NCBI GenBank assembly: GCA_041395025.1
Contig: JAWLBH010000001.1
Span: 720,001 to 752,000, forward strand
DNA length: 32,000 bases
Source of the DNA: Chlamydiales bacterium
Lineage (GTDB): Bacteria > Chlamydiota > Chlamydiia > Chlamydiales > JAAKFR01
Direction: 5' to 3'
The position numbers and the translations under genes were made by a program. Positions 1-7,370 of this stretch are shown here, in pieces; within the stretch, counting starts at the first letter, position 1; the number at the start of each line of letters is the position of its first letter. The notes below the pieces were generated by a model. That model ran no database searches and was not told where the DNA came from. It saw only the letters and a program-made list of their open reading frames with translations.

Positions 1-1299
1 TTTCCATGTTGCACATTCATCTTCAATTCCCTCATCACATTGGCTTTTTTTTAATAAATCATCTCTATTCTTCTTATCTAAGCCCCAACGAATCCCCGTC
101 ACTTCAATCCATTCACGAATCTTTAATATATCTTCTTCATTCCAACCGATTTTCTTCTGAAAGAGAGGATGATGAAATAAATCTAAAAGAGCTGGGACAT
201 TAAATCTTCGCTGTTCAAGCTCAATAAGCAGAAAAAATGCCTCTAATTCAAGATCTTTTTTCTCAATAGGCATATCAGCAATCTGATAAGGTAGATCTTT
301 AAAAATAGTCAAAATATATGGTTCATATTGAGAAATATCAGGAGCCATCACAAGAATATCTTTAGGTTCTATTTTTTTTTCTTTTAATAACCTAACCAAA
401 TTTTGGTAAAGGTTATACACCTCATCATATTCTGTAGAAGAAATATGTAATTCAATTGATTGATCTTGAATTTTTTCGTAAATTTCAAGATTCAAGAGTT
501 CACGCTGAAGTTGATGAAGTTGAGTATTCCCCATCGGCATGTCATAGATCTCTTCGATGATGAGATCACTCTCTTCGATCAAAGAGATTGTCTTTCTCCC
601 AAGATGACCGAAGTGTGTTAAAAAAGGGTGTTCTTTTGAGAGATCACTCCAAAATTCCTTACAAGGCGAGAGTTGATAAAAATAGACACAAGGTAGTTGT
701 TGAAAAAAATGAAAGTATAGAGGAGGAATGTGACTAAATCCAAAAAGATGAACACTGACTTCGAGATGCTTCGGTTGAATATGAGAAATTCTTCTTAAAG
801 GATAGGTCCAAATTTTAAAGACCCGACTCCATAATTCTTCTTGCCAATTTTTAGGATGGCTTTCCCAACTTGATGGCAGAGCCTGTCCATAAACCCCATA
901 ACGCATAAATAGATAAGTCAACCTTAAGGAGAGTGCAAATTTTCGTTTTTCTTTATCCGATAAGTATTTTTTAAGTGGTTTCCACTTTGCCTGAATCAGA
1001 TCCAATTCTGATTCAATTGAAAGAAGTAATTCAAATTTACTAGGAAATGAGTCGATATTAAAAAGATGATGTAGACCATTTTCTAGAAAATATGTCTCAA
1101 ATCCTGCTGCAATTTTAAGCTCCTCTGCTAAACGTATCCGAATCCACCTTTCCATGGTCAGATTAGGGATAATCAAGATTCTTTTTGAAAAAGGATTTGA
1201 ATCATCAAGAAAAAGATTTTCCTTGAATTTTTTGAAAAGTTGTTCAACAGAATTACTAAAAAAAAGGTGACTAGGAGTATAGTCAAGATGTATGCCCAT
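1..1299 (-). CDS. recC: Exodeoxyribonuclease V gamma subunit RecC, N-terminal 433 codons; the 3' part of the gene runs off the window start
   Basis: Missing from the supplied ORF track because the window edge truncates it. Manual reverse-complement translation from the ATG at 1299-1297 stays open to position 1: MGIHLDYTPSHLFFSNSVEQLFKKF...ILIIPNLTMERWIRIRLAEELKIAAGFE...DILVMAPDISQYEPYILTIF...IREWIEVTGIRWGLD. These blocks line up with the E. coli RecC N-terminus as I recall it (YHSNRLDVL; IIVMVADIDSYSPFIQAVF; GIRWGID). Confidence 0.85.
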   Translation of the reverse strand, partial: MGIHLDYTPSHLFFSNSVEQLFKKFKENLFLDDSNPFSKRILIIPNLTMERWIRIRLAEELKIAAGFETYFLENGLHHLFNIDSFPSKFELLLSIESELDLIQAKWKPLKKYLSDKEKRKFALSLRLTYLFMRYGVYGQALPSSWESHPKNWQEELWSRVFKIWTYPLRRISHIQPKHLEVSVHLFGFSHIPPLYFHFFQQLPCVYFYQLSPCKEFWSDLSKEHPFLTHFGHLGRKTISLIEESDLIIEEIYDMPMGNTQLHQLQRELLNLEIYEKIQDQSIELHISSTEYDEVYNLYQNLVRLLKEKKIEPKDILVMAPDISQYEPYILTIFKDLPYQIADMPIEKKDLELEAFFLLIELEQRRFNVPALLDLFHHPLFQKKIGWNEEDILKIREWIEVTGIRWGLDKKNRDDLLKKSQCDEGIEDECATWK

Positions 1300-3016
1300 A
1301 CCTAATTCTTTTTCTTCCTTTAGTGCACTCAATTTCACTCAATTTTTTGCTGCTCTTAATGATAACCTTTACAAACTTCTCCTGATTTTCTTTGTAATTT
1401 CGATTCAAGGAAAAGAGCATAGCAATACCATCCTTGCTTTAACTGGTACCATCTTTGTGATTCCATTTATTATTTTTGCTCCCATTGCAGGTTTTCTTGC
1501 AGATCGTTTTAGTAAACAAACGATTATTTATCTTACTCGACTAGCTGAAATTCTCTCAACAGTCTTGGGATTAGTTTGTTTTCTTATAAAATCGATCTTT
1601 GGCGGGTATCTTGTCTTATTCTTAATGGCAACACATAGTGCAATTTTCTCACCATGTAAGTATGGTATTATTCCTGAAATCGTAGAGAAAAAAAATATCT
1701 CCCATAGCAATGGGATTTTAACAGCTACCACCTATTTAGCCATCATCTTTGGCACTTTCTTTGCTTCATTTATTTCCGAAGTCTCAAATCGAAATTTTGT
1801 CTTTGCTCTCTCTTGTTGTATCGCTATTTCTATTATTGGAACTTTTCTAAGTTTTGGTATTCAAAAAACCCACCCTCAGGCTCCTCAAAAACCTCTCTCT
1901 TTGCATTTTTTTCCAGTGATCCTGAATACCTTAAAAAGATCCAAAAAAATACGCTATCTTTTTTATTCTTTAATTTTCGGGAGTTATTTTCTCTTTATAG
2001 GCGCTTATACTCAACTCAATATTATTCCTTTTACCCTACAATCTCTCAATCTTTCAGAAATCCAAGGAGGATATTTTTTCTTAATGACGGCGATAGGAAT
2101 GGGAATTGGAGCTTTTTTAGCAGGATATCTTTCAGCTAAAGAAGTTGAGCTTGGCTTTGTTCCTTTAGCAACCATCGGAATAGCTCTCTGTTTTATTGGT
2201 TTATTCTTATTTGCATCATTTTTCTTTATGGTGACTCTATTTATGATTTTGATTGGCTTGTTTGGCGGATTTTATATTGTTCCTATCGATACTTTTATTC
2301 AAATAGCCAGTCCTAATGAGAATCGGGGACAAAATATTGCCACATCAAATTTTCTGAATTTTATTGGAGTCATTATTGCTGCAGGAATGATGGCCTTTTT
2401 CGGCAATTTCTTAAATTTGAGTGCAAAAAGTGGTTTTTTGATTATTGGAATCGTGACATTTATCATTGGACTCTATCTTCTGGTTCTCTTTGCTGATCAA
2501 GTTTTACGTCTTTTTGCTGAATTAATCACAAAATTTTTTCCTATTCGAGTGATTGGTAAAGAAAAGATCCACCCTTTTCAACCTATTCTTTTGATAGCTT
2601 CTAAAATGGATTGGATTGATATTGTTTTTCTCATAGGAACTCTGCCTCGTTTAATTCGTTGTATAGTTCCTATGGAAAAAAAAATGAGGCATAGATCTTT
2701 TTTCTATCCTTTCTTGCGATTTTGTCTTCTTGATTTGAAACATTTTTCTCCTATTGGACCAACAATAATTGAAATATTAAATCAAGAATTAGATGCAAAC
2801 CATCCAGTGTGTTTGATAAATCCTCATCACATTGGGATGAAAGATTTAAAAGCATGGAAAAACAATCTCTCAGGTTTTCTCGAAAATATCAAAGTTCCTC
2901 TGATGCCTATCTATATTTCTCGAGCAAAGCTCAAAACATCAACTTATCTCAGTTTTTTAAAAAACTTAATGAAAAATCCTATCACAATCTCTTATGGAAG
3001 TAAAATCAGGAAATGA
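1292..3016 (+). CDS. MFS lysophospholipid-transporter-like protein (LplT-like) fused to a C-terminal Aas/PlsC-type acyltransferase-like domain with degenerate catalytic motifs
   Basis: 574-aa ORF. The first ~410 aa are strongly hydrophobic with multiple TM segments. Blocks match my recollection of E. coli LplT (FAPIAGFLADRFSK, FSPCKYGIIPE, GGFYIVPIDTFIQ). Residues ~418-574 follow the acyltransferase layout (RVIGKEKI..PILLIASKMDWIDIVFL..VCLINPHHIG..VPLMPIYI). The HX4D His is Lys (nt 2603-2605) and FPEG is NPHH (nt 2819-2830). Confidence 0.7.
   Translation: MPIPNSFSSFSALNFTQFFAALNDNLYKLLLIFFVISIQGKEHSNTILALTGTIFVIPFIIFAPIAGFLADRFSKQTIIYLTRLAEILSTVLGLVCFLIKSIFGGYLVLFLMATHSAIFSPCKYGIIPEIVEKKNISHSNGILTATTYLAIIFGTFFASFISEVSNRNFVFALSCCIAISIIGTFLSFGIQKTHPQAPQKPLSLHFFPVILNTLKRSKKIRYLFYSLIFGSYFLFIGAYTQLNIIPFTLQSLNLSEIQGGYFFLMTAIGMGIGAFLAGYLSAKEVELGFVPLATIGIALCFIGLFLFASFFFMVTLFMILIGLFGGFYIVPIDTFIQIASPNENRGQNIATSNFLNFIGVIIAAGMMAFFGNFLNLSAKSGFLIIGIVTFIIGLYLLVLFADQVLRLFAELITKFFPIRVIGKEKIHPFQPILLIASKMDWIDIVFLIGTLPRLIRCIVPMEKKMRHRSFFYPFLRFCLLDLKHFSPIGPTIIEILNQELDANHPVCLINPHHIGMKDLKAWKNNLSGFLENIKVPLMPIYISRAKLKTSTYLSFLKNLMKNPITISYGSKIRK
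1750..1765 (+). promoter_or_regulatory. Exact sigma-54 -24/-12 consensus motif (TGGCAC-N5-TTGCT), intragenic and in sense with the LplT-like gene; function unproven
   Basis: The sequence reads TGGCAC tttct TTGCT at 1750-1765, inside codons FGTFFAS. It was the only exact TGGCAC-N5-TTGCW match I found while scanning both strands by eye. rpoN is encoded in this window. Confidence 0.25.
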
Positions 3017-3079
3017 GCTCTCTTTGTAAAGTAGATGATGATAGAAGAATGAACAAGTTTTACTATAGACAATCACATC

Positions 3080-3096
3080 GCTCTCTAAAAGAGAGC
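3080..3096. terminator. Perfect 7-bp hairpin (GCTCTCT-AAA-AGAGAGC) between convergent genes; possible weak bidirectional terminator
   Basis: The hairpin is seen directly. It lies in the 101-bp gap between the stop of the LplT-like gene (3016) and the stop of the porin-like gene (3118). There is no clear U-tract on either side, hence the low confidence. Confidence 0.3.
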
Positions 3097-3117
3097 AATC
3101 TTGAAAACTCGATTGAC

Positions 3118-4464
3118 TTAGAAAGCATAGATCACAGTCATCTCAAACGCTTTATATTTAAAATCTCCTCCTAGAGTTTTATTTCTTGGAGTTGCATATT
3201 GGCCCTGAGCACTCAGAGAAAGATTATTACTCAGAGCATATAAAAAATTACACGACCACCCTTTATAATTTGTAAAACCAAAGGCACGATCAGAGCCAAA
3301 CCCTTGAAGAATCGCATCTGATAAAAGAAAATTGGCAGCATTTCCGTGACCAAAACCCCCTAAGTCAAATTCTGGAACTGATTGTGCTTGTACACTTTGA
3401 TAATTAATATCAATGGACCAATCGCATGCCGTACACAGCTTACCAAGAGTAAATCCAACATACCAAGCTTGATTCAGTTTTTGCCAATTCGTTGTTAGAG
3501 AGGGTTTAGCATCGTGGTTAATGAGCGCAGCTCCGTAAATATAAAGCGTTTTACATCGGAGAAAATCTAATTTCTGCTGATAACCCAATAGGATTTGAGA
3601 TACAAGGAATGCGTAGCGAGGATTATTTCTCACCGTAGTTTTACCCGAATTAGGCAGATTTCCATAGTCAAGAGTAGGAGAAGATCTCCTCCAGTCAATA
3701 AGACTATACTTAAAACCTAATCCAGTTCCTCTAAAACCAATCACTCCAGTTTCAACTACCCAGGCATAATGATTTGTAAAACTATCAACAATTAGAGGTC
3801 CACCATGAATAATAAAATTTCCTAAAGCTGACCATGCATTTGTATAATAAATATGGATTCCATCAAAGATACTGATAAACTCAAGACGTGAATCAAATAT
3901 ATAATTTAGTCGACTCCGTCCAATTTCAATGTAGAAATCTTCTTTTTCTTCTTTACGAATATCATAACCAATAAAGGCACGATCCAATTCAACTCTTGTT
4001 AAAGAACCTCCATCTTTCCCATCAAAATTGACCCATTTTACTTTTGCTGATCCCCAAGTACGAGGAGCGACATAATCAAGAAAGAGGTTGATTTCGCTTT
4101 TATATCGATCGATGGCAAGGCTAGTCCCAGTACCACGTTGTTTTTGCCCATTCACTTGTTCTCCGATTGCCGTCCAACGAGCACGGATATCTGCAGCAAT
4201 AGTGAGCAATCCTGTTTTATTACGACATTCGATCAATCCTTTACTCTCAATAAAATCGCGTAAGACATGAGGATCAATGAATTCGTCTCCAATAGGTCCA
4301 AAATCTCTTTCTGAGAGAAAGCCCGAAGCATTAGGACCTAAATTTTCAACAGCAGCAACTAAAGGTTCTTCATAATTAACATCGATCTGTGGTTCTTCTT
4401 CAGCAAGAAGACAAGAGATGGATCCTAAGAAGAGAATTAAGTGAAATCGAAAAAATTTCTGCAT
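3118..4464 (-). CDS. Putative outer-membrane beta-barrel protein (porin-like), family not assignable by eye
   Basis: 448-aa ORF with an N-terminal signal peptide (MQKFFRFHLILFLGSISCLLA/EEE). The mature part is rich in Gly/Asn/Tyr/Trp with alternating beta-strand-like segments. It ends ...FEMTVIYAF, a terminal Phe typical of BAM substrates. A strong promoter-like motif sits directly upstream. Confidence 0.6.
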   Translation of the reverse strand: MQKFFRFHLILFLGSISCLLAEEEPQIDVNYEEPLVAAVENLGPNASGFLSERDFGPIGDEFIDPHVLRDFIESKGLIECRNKTGLLTIAADIRARWTAIGEQVNGQKQRGTGTSLAIDRYKSEINLFLDYVAPRTWGSAKVKWVNFDGKDGGSLTRVELDRAFIGYDIRKEEKEDFYIEIGRSRLNYIFDSRLEFISIFDGIHIYYTNAWSALGNFIIHGGPLIVDSFTNHYAWVVETGVIGFRGTGLGFKYSLIDWRRSSPTLDYGNLPNSGKTTVRNNPRYAFLVSQILLGYQQKLDFLRCKTLYIYGAALINHDAKPSLTTNWQKLNQAWYVGFTLGKLCTACDWSIDINYQSVQAQSVPEFDLGGFGHGNAANFLLSDAILQGFGSDRAFGFTNYKGWSCNFLYALSNNLSLSAQGQYATPRNKTLGGDFKYKAFEMTVIYAF

Positions 4465-4485
4465 AACAAACCTGTAAACGCAAGC

Positions 4486-4514
4486 ATTATAGGTTTGTTA
4501 TACTATTTTGTAAA
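4486..4514 (-). promoter_or_regulatory. Near-consensus sigma-70/sigma-66-type promoter for the porin-like gene: TTTACA-N17-TATAAT
   Basis: The minus strand reads ggacagTTTACAaaatagtataacaaaccTATAATgcttgcgtttacaggtttgttATG. The -35 is at 4509-4514 (5/6), the spacer is 17 nt, and the -10 is at 4486-4491 (6/6). The -10 lies about 21 nt upstream of the ATG at 4464. A 9-bp inverted repeat (4465-4473 / 4491-4499) overlaps the -10 and abuts the start codon. Confidence 0.45.
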
Positions 4515-7370
4515 CTGTCCATACTGAAATGGAGCAGTATATATTCCCCATTTTTTACGATTCATTCCATTGAAATACTCCTTCCAAGCTGATAAGGGAT
4601 AGCCTTCAATTCCAAAATGATCAAAACACCAAAATTCCACATTCCCTGTCCCAGGACTAACAATAAAACCAAATCTATTTTTCACCCAGTTAGTATCCCC
4701 AATTAAAATAGGTTCGGGATAGGCAAATTTAAGGATACGCATTGCCTCGATGATTTTCTCATCATAAGAAATAGGAGTACGAGTAGATTTAAATACTTTC
4801 AAAATGAGTCCTTTGGCTATTTCCCGTAAGTCATGAGCGGAAAATATGTGATAGTTTAAAACTTCAATTTCGTTGATCTGTTTAAAGAGGACCTCCTCTA
4901 TATCTTGATCGAATATCTGCATCTCTTTGAAAAGAATTTGCAGATATTCATAAAGAAGAGTGCTTGTAAAAAAAGGCATACAAAGATAGAGAAGGCTATC
5001 AAGTTCTTCAGCTATGAAATGTAATAGCTCTTGGCTTAAAGCCAACCTTTCTTGAGAGAGTTTTGTCATAACATGTCGACGAAATTGATCTGCACGCATC
5101 AAGAACATGGATTCATTGAAAATGTGTTTATCTATCCACTGTCGATCAAAAGGAATAAAAGAGATAAGTTGATCTACGAGATATTCCATCATTTTCCTAT
5201 CTAAATGATGCTTCTCAAGAAAATCGAGGTGAGTATAAGACCATACATCACGAATCCAAGTATAGGTATAGAGAGGACTTTCCCAAGCTTCTTTCAGTAA
5301 TGGCCATCCTGGTTTAATTAAAAAGGCGTGTGTTGGAGAATAGGCAACCATCGAACGGGAGGAATCCTTTTGATAAATTTCTTGAATATCCAATGGAAGA
5401 GCTTTAAAAGTATCAATAAAAAAAGCCAAAAGTTCATTTTCACTCTCTACCCAACCTTTTTCTTCTTTGATCAGAGGATCCGATTGACAATAATAAGAAT
5501 TGATTAAAGTTTCTACTGTCCCTCCAGAAACATACGCCCAAGGTCTCCGTTTAGGAGGTGAAATTGGTTCCTCATAAGCTTTTGCTAAACGAAAAAAAGC
5601 TTCATTAAGAAAATCAGGCTCGTTAATGGTTTTGATCATGATTGTAATCATCTCCGACAACTCTTTTTCAATCCCCTCTAATTCAGGCAACCGAGATAAT
5701 TCACCTTCTGTGGCAATAAAAAACTCTTTTAAACAGTGAAGATATTCATTAGCTGAATAAATCATTGTCCAAAGAGGGGTGTGAGTCCGTCCATGTTTAT
5801 ATAAGAGTCGAAATCCTGCTGGACTATCATCATACCTATGATCAGAGGCTGTGTGCATCTGTGGATCATAAACTTCCTGAAAATACTCTCGGATTTTTTT
5901 CCCATAGAATTCAACAATCATAGAAAATACATTGGTTAACTTTTTCCCTTTTTCATGGAGCTTTTCTTGCTCTGCTAAGAGACGATTGATTTCTTTAATA
6001 CGCAATTGATAATTAGCTTGGATCCAATTTGCTTCCATCGCAGTTGAGACTCTTCGTCCTTCATAAGATTTAATCTGTGCATAAAGATGGTCATATTGAG
6101 ATTGATAATTTTCTATTTCATGGTTGATCGCTTCAATTTTTTCTTGAAGATAATTTTGTAAGCTCTTGCCAATACCATTCGATCCCGTTGTTTCAATGCC
6201 AAGACTAATATAAAAATTCCATTTAGTAAAATTTGCCTGCGATTCGGAAAGAGAAGCAAGTGTGAACTCCCATGATTTCAGAAGCGGATTATCAGTTAAA
6301 GCTGTGAATAAATTCTTCGCTTTTTGATAATCTCTTAGAAAATTTTTATATAATTGTGATCGATTCTTGGTCAATGAAGGGGGGTCAATTACCACTTCAT
6401 TCACTAGTGTTTGAAAAGATTTTGCTTCTAATTGATTGATCTCTTTTTCTTTCAATCCATAATGAGAGAGATAAACATGCTTTAGAATATGATCAGCTGT
6501 AAAATAAGCAAATGGATAGTCCCCCCAGCCAATTTCTCCAATGAGCTTTTCTACAGCTTTTTGTTTTTGTGTTCTTGCAAGATCTTTTTTGATTAGCCCT
6601 GTTTCTTCAAAAACCATTTGTAAGCCAGGAGAAAGAGAGAGAGTTTTGATCGGTTGTCTACCTAAAGCAGGCAAAAAAATCGGCTTCATTAGATCTCCTA
6701 ACCCCCAATTTAGACTCAGAGGGACTGCATATTCATGACCTTCATAAGTTCGGACAAGTCTGCTCATAGTAAAGAGTTGAGCAATATCAGCTAGAAAATG
6801 CAAAGGCTGTTCTTTTTGAATCATAATTGCTGGAGCAGTTGCAAAACAGGATCCGACATTTTGACGTAAACTAGTCAAAAGGGCTGATAGAGCAGCTTGT
6901 CTTGTATGAACATCTGTGATTTTCTCACTATTCTGAAGAGAGAGTGTGACGCGTATGAGATCTAAAGCTCCTTGGTGGTGATCAGGAGTCCGGATTTGAT
7001 ATAAAGCATGAATAGCCTCTTTTTCTTTTAAAAAGAGATAGAGCATTTTAAGTAGGTGAGAAAAGTACTCACTATCATGATAACGATTCGGACCAAGGGA
7101 ATGCAAGTTACCTTCAATAAGGTCAATCGCTTTGTTCAGTACGTCCTTTTTCAGATACCCTTGATCATCAATTAGCAAAACTGCCAGTTTTTTGCTAGTA
7201 TAAGCATTACGCCAAGACCAGCTATCTTGAATTTTAGTTAGCTGAAAATCACGACTAATTTGGATAAATTCCGAGCATAAAAGCTCTTCAAGAGGATTTG
7301 AAAAATTGTGATTTAAAACAACTTTTTCAAAGATTTGTTGTAAAAATGCGTTTTCAAGTCTTTCTTTCAT
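4503..7370 (-). CDS. Large hypothetical protein (955 aa), possibly a papain-fold Cys/His/Asn peptidase-like core split by long helical inserts
   Basis: Long uninterrupted ORF whose ATG (7370-7368) overlaps the stop of the upstream gene (TAATG). Motifs are RQNVGSCFATAP (Cys175), SPTHAFLIKPGW (His681) and IGDTNWVKN (Asn894). Residues ~400-480 look like coiled coil. No signal peptide is evident. Confidence 0.8.
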   Translation of the reverse strand: MKERLENAFLQQIFEKVVLNHNFSNPLEELLCSEFIQISRDFQLTKIQDSWSWRNAYTSKKLAVLLIDDQGYLKKDVLNKAIDLIEGNLHSLGPNRYHDSEYFSHLLKMLYLFLKEKEAIHALYQIRTPDHHQGALDLIRVTLSLQNSEKITDVHTRQAALSALLTSLRQNVGSCFATAPAIMIQKEQPLHFLADIAQLFTMSRLVRTYEGHEYAVPLSLNWGLGDLMKPIFLPALGRQPIKTLSLSPGLQMVFEETGLIKKDLARTQKQKAVEKLIGEIGWGDYPFAYFTADHILKHVYLSHYGLKEKEINQLEAKSFQTLVNEVVIDPPSLTKNRSQLYKNFLRDYQKAKNLFTALTDNPLLKSWEFTLASLSESQANFTKWNFYISLGIETTGSNGIGKSLQNYLQEKIEAINHEIENYQSQYDHLYAQIKSYEGRRVSTAMEANWIQANYQLRIKEINRLLAEQEKLHEKGKKLTNVFSMIVEFYGKKIREYFQEVYDPQMHTASDHRYDDSPAGFRLLYKHGRTHTPLWTMIYSANEYLHCLKEFFIATEGELSRLPELEGIEKELSEMITIMIKTINEPDFLNEAFFRLAKAYEEPISPPKRRPWAYVSGGTVETLINSYYCQSDPLIKEEKGWVESENELLAFFIDTFKALPLDIQEIYQKDSSRSMVAYSPTHAFLIKPGWPLLKEAWESPLYTYTWIRDVWSYTHLDFLEKHHLDRKMMEYLVDQLISFIPFDRQWIDKHIFNESMFLMRADQFRRHVMTKLSQERLALSQELLHFIAEELDSLLYLCMPFFTSTLLYEYLQILFKEMQIFDQDIEEVLFKQINEIEVLNYHIFSAHDLREIAKGLILKVFKSTRTPISYDEKIIEAMRILKFAYPEPILIGDTNWVKNRFGFIVSPGTGNVEFWCFDHFGIEGYPLSAWKEYFNGMNRKKWGIYTAPFQYGQFTK

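Noticed and set aside
6-203. 65-aa plus-strand ORF at the window start
   Set aside because: It lies antisense within the manually recovered recC reading frame, which has clear family-level similarity.
936-963. Sigma-28-like motif CAAATTTT-N12-TCCGATAA on the plus strand inside recC, pointing toward the LplT-like gene
   Set aside because: It matches only 13 of 16 positions. My rough estimate is that one or two such matches are expected by chance in a window of this size and AT content. It also lies about 330 nt upstream of the start codon.
1528-3003. Three short ORFs (1528-1731 minus, 1813-2139 plus, 2809-3003 plus) inside the LplT-like gene
   Set aside because: They are alternative-frame or antisense ORFs nested in a long, well-supported CDS, with low-complexity composition.
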